From Octopus vulgaris (Eukaryota), in assembly GCA_951406725.2 (NCBI GenBank), contig OX597827.1, forward strand, positions 62,124,001 through 62,188,000: a stretch of 64,000 nucleotides of DNA, given 5' to 3'. The notes below the pieces were generated by a model. It ran no database searches and was not told the origin of the DNA. It saw only the letters and a list, made by a program, of their open reading frames with translations. Position 1 is the stretch's first letter. Each line of letters opens with the position of its first letter. The translations under genes were made by a program, and so were the position numbers. Positions 1-12,498 of this stretch are shown piece by piece.

Positions 1-40
1 TTATTACACCTCCTCCCTCGTATATACACGTGTGTGTGTA

Positions 41-74
<34 letters not shown>

Positions 75-1036
75 ATAATACGTTTGACTCTTTCCCATAC
101 GGAATTCTTTTTTTTTTGATTTTGATTCCTTTATCTAATTAATTCATTTGACTGCAAACCAAGACTTTTGATGCGAAAACAGCCTCGGATATATTTCTGC
201 CACAACATAGATGTCCTCAGTATGATTTTAAAGAACATCTGGTAGTGGTGGCCTCGGTTCGGAAGTTCCATGGTATCGAGCAATGCAGAACCACTTCTTA
301 GCCACTGGTGTTGCTCGGTTTGCTTTGATGCGGAGTAATAACCCTTGTCACGGTCCCAGGTACAGTTCAATTAGCATGTCACGGAATTTCCTCCAGAAGG
401 GTCACTCAGAAATACATAGATATGTAAGGGGTAAACATTTCTACATGCTGCGTTGGATACGATAGCTGTTCGCCTGGTATGTTGTTTTTGTTAATTCATT
501 ATACATCTTGAATTATGCTTGCACTGAGGAGTAAAAAGTGCATAAATCTGCACCGATTACGAAATCACAGTGTGATATGCGGCTAAATTCTGTTTTTAAA
601 TGACCTGCTTCGAGAATTGGTTTCGGTACGATGTGTTTATTTATTTTAGTAGTTTTGACTTTAAGAGACTCTCCTAGCGTGTGGCATCTATGTGTAAGAG
701 TGCCCTCTATATAATATATATATATATTTCTCAGGAACTATTAGTCCTGACACCGTTTATTAACCGGTGTTGTTCAAACGATGAATAGCCCACGCGCAAT
801 CCAATTGGTTCGTTTCGGTCTCTTACTTTATTATTATTATTAACTTTTTTATAATCATCTCATAATAATGACCTTTATGACTCGTATTACTACCTCAGTC
901 CATCTAAATGTATATATTTGTCACTACCTGTCATAAATAGCCTTTTTCTATCTGCAATATGCATTTTCGTTGATTTTTCATATTTTATCCTTATATTTCC
1001 ACGTGTATTTTATATTTTCTTTTCGTAATATATTTC

Positions 1037-1039
<3 letters not shown>

Positions 1040-1100
<61 letters not shown>

Positions 1101-1130
1101 GTATATATATACATATATATACATACACAT

Positions 1131-1162
<32 letters not shown>

Positions 1163-1205
1163 GTATATATATATACACACACATATATACATATATATAT
1201 ATATA

Positions 1206-1247
<42 letters not shown>

Positions 1248-1281
1248 GTATTTATATATACACACACATATATATATATAT
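1040..1281. repeat. Compound (TA)n/(CA)n microsatellite
   Basis: Direct; source of the YI-repeat ORFs at 970-1308. Confidence 0.95.
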
Positions 1282-1650
1282 AGCTATGGATGTTCTTCAG
1301 AAGTCTAAATTGTCATGTACTTTTGATAAAGGTAAAATGTTATTTCTCCAAGCAATATTTCATATCTGATAGAGTTCTCGTGTGAAAGCTAAATACCTCA
1401 GATGGAAATTTTGGAGGACATATATCATACGCCGCCAGCATGTGATCTAAGTATTTTGAATGTATTGTGGATGTATATATCTTAATATGTGTATATGTAC
1501 TTAAATAGACATATACATATACATGCATACACACACATACACATACACACACAGACACACATACACGCACTCACACACATATGATTTACATATGCATATA
1601 TATGTATATTCAAAAATTCCTATATACACGTGCGCAGAAACATGTTTACG

Positions 1651-1744
<94 letters not shown>

Positions 1745-1815
1745 GTCTGTCTATCTATCTATCTATCTATCTAGCTAGCTATCTGTCTGTCAGTCAGTCT
1801 GTCTGTCTGTCTGTC
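1651..1815 (+). repeat. (TATC)n/(TGTC)n array, left flank of Tx1 LINE
   Basis: Direct. Confidence 0.95.
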
Positions 1816-3976
1816 TGGGAGAAGGAGAAAAAAGGGGAAAAAGAAGAGAGAAGTAGACAAACAAAGCAGGGAATTTTACCACTCCCGAAACCAAAACACC
1901 CGCAGAAAACAAAAGCATCAGCACAAACACACTAACACCAAACCCCACACCAATGTTGACAGCCATAAACACCAACAACCCAGACTTAATGGAATACATT
2001 AGGTCAAACACCAACATAACAGAAAATGATACCAAAACAAAGAATCACCCACGCACAACACCACCACAACACATCAAAATCATACACATAACACAGAACA
2101 CACACAGCACCCTGAAATCTCTCTACCCTGATGCAGTTGGGAGATTTCAAAAATACCTGTCCAAAAAACTATACAAAAACCTTCTGGGAGAAGACTGAGG
2201 TGGAGAACAAAGAACTTTTGGACAGTATGTGACATGCATAAGATCTGGTCATCAAATCTAAGTAGAGACTTCAAACTTGAAATCTTCAAAACCACAGTCG
2301 AACCAATTCTACTATATGGCTCAGAAACCTGGACGTTATCAAAGAAGCTTGAGAGGCGGTTGGATGGAACCTACACTCGCCTCCTTATGAGAGCTCAAAA
2401 TCTCTCGTGGAAGCGCCATCTAACCAAAATGCAACTATATGGGAAACTACCACCTGTATCATCTCTTGTGAAAGGTAGGAGAGTCCAGTTTGCTGGACAT
2501 TGTTGTAGAGCTGAAAAAGAGGTAATTTCTACTCTCCTCCTCTGGAAGCCATCTACTCGCAATGCCAGAGGGCGCATACTCTCCTACCCTGATGTAATCT
2601 CCAGGGATACAGGCATCCAACAACAGGACCTTCGTAATGCCATGATGGACTGTGAAGTCTGGCGTAGCATGGTAAATTCCATTGTCTCGACCATCAATGA
2701 TGATGATGATGTGACTCTCTCTCTTTCTCTTTCGTCTATCTTTCGTGTGTAAAACACAACTTTCCATAGAAACATGCTCAAAATCGGCAGTATAAATGTA
2801 CGTGGCTTGGGGTCGCCTTGGAAACAAGGCTACCTGTTAAACGACATCAAGTCAGAAAGTCTGCATATCATAGTAATCAGTGAGACCAAACTCCACAGCC
2901 AGCGGGCACTCCAGTATATGTTCGGCGCGCATTCCGACATTTATTTTTCTCCGTGTCAGCCTAGAATGAGCGGATGTGGACCCGCGGTGCTTCTTCGGAA
3001 GAGTCTGGACCTCAAAGTAAGAGCAATTTTCCTAGACCCCCGGAGGGTAGGCTGGTCGTCTTGGATGTAGATGGCAGCAATGGGTGTGCTTTCCGACTGA
3101 TAACAGTTTATGCACTGTCCTTAACAGGCCGGCCAGATTTCTTTGGACGTCTAGAGGTTTTTAGTGGGGGATTGGAACGCTACCCTGGACACGCATCTAG
3201 ACTACGTGGACAGAGATAGTAATAGGAGTGGATGCAAATGCCTCAAAGACCTGCTCAGACGTTTCCAACTGTCTGACAGGTACCGACTGGACCACCCGAA
3301 TGTGCCAATGTGGACATGGAGCAACCGCATTGGGTCGTCCAGATCGTACTTAGAGCATTATGTAGGACAGTAGATAAGGTTAGTGTAGGTTGTCCACAAT
3401 TCCATATAGTCAGCTACACAGACCACAAATTTGTGACTTGTACACTTGACTTAGATAAGACACATAGGCAGGGTCCCGGTTACTGGAAGCTGAACGCGTC
3501 TTTCACAGCACGCCAGGCTTACAGGGACCGGATTAGCACATTAGTTAAGAGAGCATTTACGGGCGCTGTCACCAACAACAGAGGGTGGTATGCTCTAAAG
3601 ATGGCCAATCGCTCATCAACTTTTTCAAGTACCACTTGAAAAGGAAGGTGAGAATGGAGAGTCAGGTTTTGTCTCGTGAAAGTTTCAAGAAAAGGTGGGT
3701 GAATGTTGCAAAGATGGTGCGTGCGAGCGACGAAACCACTTTGAGCATGATCCTGTAAATCGAAAAGAGAGAGAGAGAGCACTTTGTTCTCATGTGTTTA
3801 TTCTTTCCCTGCCTGAGGTTACCGTGGTCTTTTCCGTAGGCTTTTCTTTCCACGGATAAACTTAATCTTGCTCCTTACATTTTCAAAATTTCTTGTGATA
3901 CACGACCCCTTTTGATCGCCTTTCCCCCCCGACCCCTTTGATTTGAATTTTACTTTTTTTCTGTTTTTTTTTCGGA
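1816..3976 (+). mobile_element. Internally deleted Tx1/L1-group LINE (putative ORF1 remnant, APE endonuclease, ORF2 C-terminus, 3'UTR)
   Basis: ORF2 start at 2774 MLKIGSINVRGL..ISETKL..GDWNATLD..WTW..YTDHKFV..GPGYWKLN (APE motifs, frameshifted). Near 3605 it jumps to QSLINFFKYHLKRKVR..KKRWVNVAKM, matching the C-terminus and 3'UTR of the 40911-41992 copy. Confidence 0.88.
2234..2708 (+). mobile_element. 5'-truncated RTE-group LINE nested in the Tx1 element
   Basis: PILLYGSETWTLSKKLERRLDG..QFAGHC..AMMDCEVWR C-terminal motifs; (GAT)n tail; 7-bp TSD ATGTGAC at 2227-2233 and 2709-2715. Confidence 0.9.
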
Positions 3977-3995
3977 TTGTCTATCTGTCTGTCTA

Positions 3996-4090
<95 letters not shown>

Positions 4091-4153
4091 GCCTGTCTGT
4101 CTGTCTATCTATCTGTCCGCCCGCCAGTCAGCTTGTTTGTCTGTCTATCTGTT

Positions 4154-4205
<52 letters not shown>

Positions 4206-4219
4206 AATCTATCTATCAA

Positions 4220-4255
<36 letters not shown>
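3977..4255 (+). repeat. (TATC)n/(TGTC)n/(TA)n array, right flank of Tx1 LINE
   Basis: Direct. Confidence 0.95.
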
Positions 4256-4256
<1 letters not shown>

Positions 4257-4642
4257 GCCTTTCTGTCTGTCAATACACACACACACACATATATATATAT
4301 ACCCATCACATACACATAGATGTAACGTATACACGTACATACATAATTACATACACACGTACTCACACACATACACTTAGACATACTCATGTATACACAC
4401 ACACACACACACACACATACACATACCTACATCTGTAACTGCCAACACACATATTAAGCCTATATAAGGTACGTATACTCACACAAACCCACATACACAC
4501 ATTTATACGCACAAAACCTATACACACACATATACAACTATTACGCCTTTAATTTATATCTTTGTATTAATTGGATATAGAAATGTGCACAGCGAACATA
4601 AATATCTGCATATATGCCTATGCGTTTCTATTCAATGCGATA

Positions 4643-4809
4643 CAATGTAGCCATCATTAGTAGTCGCGCTATCATTTCTAGGGAATTAACTGCCGACTGC
4701 TAATAATTTCAATTCATTTGTGCAAATGAGATTATTTTATAGCGATGTCAGAATGATATTAAATATCATTAATTTAGTTAAAACTCTTCTCTGATGTCAA
4801 CTGGTGTAT
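4643..4809 (+). repeat. Dispersed direct repeat, copy 1 (copy 2 at 8260-8429)
   Basis: Shared tatcatttctagggaattaactg..gctaataatttcaattcatttgtgcaaatgag..ctcttctctgatgtcaactgg. Confidence 0.9.
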
Positions 4810-5007
4810 CTCAATGGTTTTGCTGTGATATGTATGGTTGTATGGATATGTATGTATGTATGAGCCTATGTATACATACATACATACATGCGTATATGAT
4901 TTCGTGCGTCTGTTTCGTACATATGTTTATTTATCTTGCCCCCACTTTCTCTTTCTCCACATATATATATGTACACACATACATACATACATACATACAT
5001 ACATACA

Positions 5008-5052
<45 letters not shown>

Positions 5053-5238
5053 CACATATATACATATATATACACAAGATCATATATGTATATTTCTATG
5101 TATGTGTGTATATATATAAATATATATGTACGCATATATATATATATTTATATGTTTATACATATAGATACATATACATATATACATGCATATATATATA
5201 CATATATATATATATATACACACACACATATATATATA

Positions 5239-5293
<55 letters not shown>

Positions 5294-5310
5294 GGAGATA
5301 GATAGATAGT

Positions 5311-5353
5311 TCTCGCCTGATGATCGCAGTGATCTGAAACTCGAGCAGGGAGA
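5311..5353 (+). ncRNA. Degenerate minimal hammerhead ribozyme motif (PLE pseudo-LTR remnant)
   Basis: tctcgc-CTGATGA-tcgcagtgatct-GAAA-CTCGAG-ca-gggaga; palindromic stem III, but GCA instead of GUH; AATAAA downstream. Confidence 0.5.
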
Positions 5354-5408
5354 CGAACTCAGTTTTAGTTGCAATAAAAAACTGTATGTATGTCTCTCTC
5401 TCTGTATC

Positions 5409-5463
<55 letters not shown>

Positions 5464-5819
5464 ACTCACACACACACACATGTATGTATATATGTGTATG
5501 GACACGTGTGTGAGCGCACGCAGTGACCGGTGTATCGAATAACACTATGCTTCGGTCAAGAAGTTCATGAAAAATGATGCATATCTAGAATTGTCACCTT
5601 GGCTATGCTTCCCAAGAATTATCATCAATGCTAATGATATATAATTATGATTTAGTGTATAGGCGCTACTCCCATTTAATTATACGTTGTTCATGAAGAG
5701 GAACTTAGAAAAGTCAAAGACTAAAAAGGATTCTGCACAAGAAATCAGGCGTCCAGTAATTTATATTTGCACAAATGTAATTGTCTGTGCAATGCAATGA
5801 AATATGATAATATATAATA

Positions 5820-6215
5820 CTAGCAGTATCGCCCGGCATTTCTCGGGTTTGTTTTGACCATTTAGAATTGGAATGTTTGAAAAGTAAAAATTATGCATTA
5901 TGTAGCTTGTTATTCTTTTTAAGTGAACATTTTTCTGGTTGAAATACACCGAAAAATGGCGACACAGCAGTTAAAAAATCGTAAAAAATAGGGATTTTCA
6001 TAGAAAAAAAAAGCACCTTCTTGATGTAAATATTTTTTGGTGTTAACATGGTCCAATTTGAATCTTTTCTTCTATGAAAGGAAGAGCAAGCCTTCTTCTA
6101 TCATACTCTCAATTTTGGTCAACTTGTGCCGCAGGGTCTCTGAGGAGATAGTGTTAGTTAAAGGCTACCAAACCTGCCATACACAGACAACTTCAGGTTT
6201 ATATATATAGAGAGA
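5820..6215 (-). mobile_element. Non-autonomous Helitron-like element
   Basis: Minus strand starts TC(TA)n and ends cccgag..ccggg hairpin + CTAG followed by T; termini shared with 47637-48149. Confidence 0.75.
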
Positions 6216-6559
6216 TATAATATAATATAATATAGTATAATATAATATAATATAATATAATATAATATAATAATTTAAATTTCAGAATCAAATGTTCTGT
6301 GTTTTTGAGGAATAGTTTGATAGAAATGAGAATACATCAAACGTTAGTACAGCGAGTAAATTCCCATAACAAGGTGGATGATATTTCCTATGATTACAGT
6401 TAAAGGTCAAGTCACTGGTTAAATAGACATTAAAACTGAACACTCTAAAGATTGTATAAAGCAAAACTATGAAACTAATACCTATACTTGAGCAGTTGCT
6501 TTGTCAGGTGAACCATTAGAAAATAAAAGATAATTTATGGTTTATCATTCTTTTACTTT

Positions 6560-6890
6560 TTCTACGTTTCAGTCTTTGGACTGCCGCTACATCTAGGTAA
6601 GTGCCCTGAAGGGTTCTAGTCGAAGAAATCGGCACCGGTGCTTATTTTTAAAGTCTGTTATTCTATTTTTCTCTTTTGCCGAACCGCTATGTAACAAATC
6701 AACCGTTGGTGGAAACAAACACGGACACATAGATATACATACATAGACACACACACACACGCGCGCGTTTGCCAAACTGACTCAGAAGTCATTTCTCTGC
6801 TTGGGCATAAAGTTGAAATTAATTGCTCAAGGTGGCACACAGTCATACTGTATCTCAAACCATTGGCTGGAAAGCGAGCTGCTTATAATA
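6560..6890 (-). mobile_element. Degenerate SINE family B
   Basis: Patchy match to the reverse complement of 58147-58590. Confidence 0.6.
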
Positions 6891-7344
6891 GCTTATCTCT
6901 TATCTCGATGATAAATATCAGTTTAGTGATGAACTGGAACTATCATCTACCAGTCACTGACAAACTGACATTCATGAATTTGGATAAGTATTGATACGTA
7001 TGCTGCGCGAAGAGTATTCTTATGCTCTATGACTGACCTTTTTATCATAATGGTGACACAGTGCGTTCCATTCGCACCCATTTTCCCTGCGTTCTAGTGA
7101 CGCTCCGCATTTCCCCCGCTCTCTCATCAACAAGCTTCCCTGTATCGTTCGATGTTTTCTCCACGGAGAGAGAAAACAAAAAAGTTTTACGACGGAAACA
7201 AATTTAAATCGAGTTTTCTTCCAAAAATGTGAAACAACGTTCAAAAACTCCTCACAAAACTCACCAGTCGGTGATAAACAATTCGTCTTCCATGATGATA
7301 CACATTTCAAAACTGAATGCAACAGTTGAGACTTTTCGATTACA

Positions 7345-7500
7345 TCGACTTCAGCGTTTCACTGGTACTTAATTTATCGACCCCGAAGGAATGAAAGGTA
7401 AAGTCGGATCGGCGGAATTTGAATTCAGAACTTAACGGCGGGCAAAATACCTCTAAGCATTTCGTCCAGCGTGCTAACTATTCTGCCAGTTCGACGCCTT
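7345..7500 (-). mobile_element. SINE family A (tRNA-like head)
   Basis: Reverse complement of aaggcg.cga.ctggcaga..gagttcaaattccgccga..ttcggggtcgataaattaagtaccag. Confidence 0.9.
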
Positions 7501-7540
7501 ACAATAATGATAATAATAAAAAAAAAATATAATAATAATA

Positions 7541-8035
7541 ATAAAAGCCAATAAACCGGATATTGTTGTGAAAGACCAAAACAATAAAGTTTGCTTATTG
7601 ATCGACACGAGCATCCCCTGTGATCATAATATCTCGGCGAAAGAGTTTGACAAGCTCAGAAAATATAAAGACCTGCTCATTGAAATTGAGAAAATGTGGC
7701 ATCTCAAGGCGGTTACAATACCAGTGATCGTAGGAGCACTAGGAATGATCAAGAAGGGAACCGAAAATTATATGAGAATGATCCCTGGCTTACCATCCTT
7801 GCAAGAAGTGCAAAAGATTGTCTTAACTGGTACATCACACGTATTGAGAAGAGCATTGTCGATGTGAGAACTATTACTACCCATGTATTTTAATTTAACA
7901 TTAAAAAAAAATGAACGAACTAGTGAGTTTAGTTTAATGGCCTACCAATGTATACTATGAGTTTCTTTGCCCTAGCAGTCGGGAAGACACTCGGCAAGAA
8001 ATGGAAGCAAATTTGAAAGAAGAAGAAAAAAAGAT
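7541..8035 (+). mobile_element. 5'-truncated R4/Dong-clade non-LTR retrotransposon (restriction-like endonuclease domain + 3'UTR)
   Basis: KANKPDIVVKD..CLLIDTSIPCD.N..KE..K..KYKDL..EIEKMW..IPVIVGALG; flanked both sides by (AAT)n, the established Dong target. Confidence 0.88.
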
Positions 8036-8038
8036 AAC

Positions 8039-8082
<44 letters not shown>

Positions 8083-8259
8083 CAACAGAGAGAAAAAATG
8101 GTGCTGCAGCATATACGACCAATTAAAGCTTTAAAGATGGAGCCCCAAAATAGCTGCAGTCCAATGATCGAAATCAGTAAAAATAATAAGGGAAGAAACA
8201 GACACAAATATAATAATTAAGTCCGTATACTTACCAATACTTTTATATGCAATTAGATT

Positions 8260-8429
8260 CAATGCAACCGTCATTAGCAGTCTCATTATCATTTCTAGGG
8301 AATTAACTGTCGACCGCTAATAATTTCAATTCATTTGTGCAAATGAGAATAATTTTTTATGGTAATGTCGGAATTGTATTAAGTATCATTAATTCAGGTC
8401 TTTTCTCTTCTCTGATGTCAACTGGTATA
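8260..8429 (+). repeat. Dispersed direct repeat, copy 2
   Basis: Matches 4643-4809. Confidence 0.9.
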
Positions 8430-8855
8430 TTTGAGTGGGTGTATCGTTATGTATATGGCAGTGTGTATGTGTTTTGTGTGTGTTGTGTGTGTGTATGTGT
8501 GTGTGTGTGTATGTGCCTGTGAGTCTCCGTGTGAGTGTAAACTCATCGCAAATACTTAAGAGGGGAAATACATAATATATATATATGCGTGCACACACAC
8601 ACATACATACACATACATACATATGCATACATATACGTATGTATGCATGCATGTATGTATATATATATAGTGAAAATACATACTCATGCACATGTATATA
8701 TATGTCTATATATATGCGTATACATATATATTACATACATATACGTACGTATATATAAAATATAATATATATAATATATATGTATGTATATATATATAAT
8801 ATATAATTATACATATATATGCACGCACTTCTCCTTATGAGTGGATATGTATCTC

Positions 8856-8896
<41 letters not shown>

Positions 8897-8949
8897 CACA
8901 CACACACGCACAAACACATACACACACACACACACATATATATATACAT

Positions 8950-8992
<43 letters not shown>

Positions 8993-9153
8993 TATTAAAT
9001 TAAAGATAAAACCACTATCTTTAATTATTATTATTATCATTATTATCATTAATATTGGTTTTATCTCTAATTTAATATAATATAATATATTTATACTATA
9101 AAATTGGATTTAATCCTAAATCTAATTTTTCCCTGTAAGTTTGGATTTATTCC

Positions 9154-9207
<54 letters not shown>

Positions 9208-10154
9208 CCAACCATACAAATATATTTGCTTTCCTTCCCTCTATGTATTTCTCTCTTACCCTTGCTCACATAAATACGTAGAGAGCTATGTAGATACACA
9301 CTCTCTCACGTACAGATACAGAAATCTCATGAAAAAAATGGTGTGAGATATTTCTATCTTTTCCCAGTATTTCTTCATAGTCTTGCTTCGCACCTAACTC
9401 AGTTTCCTGCTCTTTCATTTCTCCAATTATTTAGTCTTATTCTTTTAACTCCGCTTACTCCCTTTCATTGACTCACTCGCATACTTCCATATTTCTTTTC
9501 TTCCTTTCTGTCTATATGGATATATTTCCATCACTCTTTTTCTCAGTTGAAATCAACTTCCATTCCATCCCTTTTATGCAAAATGTTTTCCCCTGTTTAC
9601 GTACACTGCTATCATACATAAATTTCTCTTCCATCTCTCCTTTTTTTCTAATTCTACCTTACTCCAGGTAATTCCCTCACTCCCTATATCTTTGTCATTT
9701 TATAGCATTAAATCTCCAACCCCCTTCTTTGTTGTAAGGCCCTATCTTTTTTCCTGATTTCTTCTCTATTTTCTTGCTATTTCTTCCTTTCTCATTCCCT
9801 TTCCCAGCTACCTCTATATTCCCTATATTTCACTGTCAACTCACATGACTGCCTGTCACAGAAGTTGTTACTTGTTCTCTCCTCGCTTCTCTCTCTTATT
9901 GCTCGGTCTACCTGCCACCTATTTACAAAACCATACAATCAGCCACTATTTTTAATATATACTTTCTCTCTCTTTGCTACAATTGATTACTTTCATTCTG
10001 GAACATAACAGAAAATGTAACACTCACCAGCCAGCCAGCCAAGCAACCAACCAACCACTATCTATCCAATTACAACACATTACTGAGAAAAGAATATCAG
10101 CCACAAGAAATATCTTGACACATGTAGCGTTTAAAACAATTGAAACTATATTAC

Positions 10155-10280
10155 AGGCGTGACTCTGTGGTAAGAGGATTGTTTACTAACCTCATGGTTC
10201 CGGGTTTAGTCCCACTGTAACGTAGCTTGAGCAAATGTTTTCTACTATATCAATGCCTTGTGGACTTTGTCGACAGAAAC
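10155..10280 (+). mobile_element. SINE family B head, degenerate
   Basis: ggcgt..gtggtaag..catggttccgggtttagtcccactg..gaaactgaaagaag. Confidence 0.75.
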
Positions 10281-10296
10281 TGAAAGAAGTCAATCG

Positions 10297-10388
<92 letters not shown>

Positions 10389-10544
10389 CATCCATCCATC
10401 CATCCATCCATCCATCCATCCACCCATCCATCCATCCATCCATCCATAATAAACGTAATCTACAAATGGTATTCAAATATTTCTTGTGTTCAATGTTAAA
10501 CTTAAAACCAAACATTACTGTAGATACACACACGCACACACATA

Positions 10545-10605
<61 letters not shown>

Positions 10606-10729
10606 GTGTGTGTATGTCCAAAATAGACTCCCAACACTTCCATGTGGCGCACTTGAATAATTATCAAAAGCGTCTCACATGAAACCGTTGGTAGCCTTGT
10701 TAACAACAAAGCGTATATATATATATATT

Positions 10730-10833
10730 TCCCAATGAGAAAGACGCGGTCCAGAGAGGAGTGGACAGCGTGCTGTGACCAGCGGTGTCAAACAGACGGC
10801 CGACGGATTGATCGGTGAAGGTGATCAAGGTGA
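10730..10833 (+). mobile_element. Probable extreme 3' end of an RTE-like LINE
   Basis: MRKTRSREEWTACC-like terminus, then a short (aaggtgat) repeat tail. Confidence 0.4.
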
Positions 10834-10847
10834 TATATGTATGTATG

Positions 10848-10916
<69 letters not shown>

Positions 10917-10956
10917 CTCTCTCTATATATATATATATGTATATCTCATCTATATA

Positions 10957-10990
<34 letters not shown>

Positions 10991-11503
10991 ACTATATAGT
11001 ATCTATACATACTTATAAATATATATTTATATATACCGTATATTTCGGAATATAAGGCGACCTACAGATAAGACGACCTATAAATAAGACGACCTCCAAA
11101 TAAGACGACCTACAGATAAGACGACCCCAAAATCCGAGTAAATTTTCATGACTTTTGCTAATGTCTGAGGTATAATACGATCTTCAAAATACGAAACTCG
11201 CCTAAGCTTAAGGATAGCCTAAACAACAGTGTAAAAGTTACCATATCATATAAAATACCGGGTATTAATTGAAGACAATGTTATTAGAAATGTTATTTTT
11301 TCTTATCGTATCCTTGAAAGTTAAGACATGAAACAATGTATAGTATTAACATAAATTTGTATAAGATGATGAAACAGATTCTTTCTTTAGTGCTGTCGGT
11401 CGTAACGTCGTAAACAAAAGGCGTGTTCATGCGGTCGAACTTATTTGAAAACGTTCAAAGCAGCTGACGACGACTGACGAGCTCATTATATCAGCAAAAC
11501 AGC

Positions 11504-11504
11504 T

Positions 11505-11539
<35 letters not shown>

Positions 11540-11669
11540 CTTCTTCTTCTTCTTCTTCTTCTTCTTCTTCTTCTTCTTCTTCTTCTTCTTCTTCTTCTTC
11601 TTCTTCTTCTTCTTCATCATCATCATCATCTTCTTCTTCTTCTTCTTCTTCTTCTTCTCCTCGTTGTCC

Positions 11670-11723
<54 letters not shown>

Positions 11724-11972
11724 TTCTTCTTCTTTTCCTCCTCCTCCTCTTCGTTGTTGTTGTTGTTGTTGTTGCTCTTCTTCTTCTTCTTCTTCTTCTT
11801 CTTCTTCTTCTTCTTCTCCTACTTCTTCTTGTTCTTGTTCTTGTTATTGTTGTTGCCGTTGTTGTTCTTCTTCTCCTCCTCGTCGTCCTCTTTCTTCTCC
11901 TTCTTCTCCTTCTTCTTCTTCTTCTTCTTCTTCTTCTTCTTCTTCTTCTTCTTCTTCTTCTTCTTCTTCTTC
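11504..11972. repeat. Compound (TTG)n/(TTC)n/(TCC)n microsatellite inside the pogo element
   Basis: Direct. Confidence 0.95.
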
Positions 11973-12272
11973 TGTTTAAGACACTTCAACTACAATGGTA
12001 GTTTCACTCTTTTTGTTCTCATTCAGTCTGTTCTTGACTCTCCTACCAACCAGATACAATTCTTTAAATATTTTTTATACTCAACCTACCCATGGAACCG
12101 CCCCCCACCAAAAAAACGAAGAAAATACGAAGCAAGTTTTAAACTGAAAGTTATTGAAGTTGCCAAGGCATCTGACAACTGTGCTGCAGCGAGAACATTA
12201 GATGTGACTGACAAGATGGTAAGAGATTGGAGAAAGAATGAAGATAATTTAAGAAACATGAAGATAATTTAA

Positions 12273-12498
12273 GGCGGCGAGCTAGCAGAAACGCCAACAC
12301 ACCGGGCGATAATGCTTAGCGCTACTTCGTCTGCCGTTACGTTCTGAGTTCAAATTCCGCCGAGGTCGACTTTGCCTTTCATCCTTTCGGGGTCGATAAA
12401 TTAAGTACCAGTTACGTACTGAGGTCGATGTCATCGACTTAATCCCTTTGTCCCTGTTTGTCCCTTCTATGTTTAGCCCCTTGTAGCAATAAAGAAAT
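12273..12498 (+). mobile_element. Full-length SINE family A inserted in the pogo transposase
   Basis: 20-bp TSD aagataatttaagaaacatg at 12241-12260 and 12499-12518. Confidence 0.95.

Noticed and set aside
131-465. Short non-repetitive ORFs at window start
   Set aside because: No recognisable motif or convincing splice structure.
11505-12272. 255-aa hydrophobic ORF
   Set aside because: TTG/TTC microsatellite read-through into a pogo transposase remnant.
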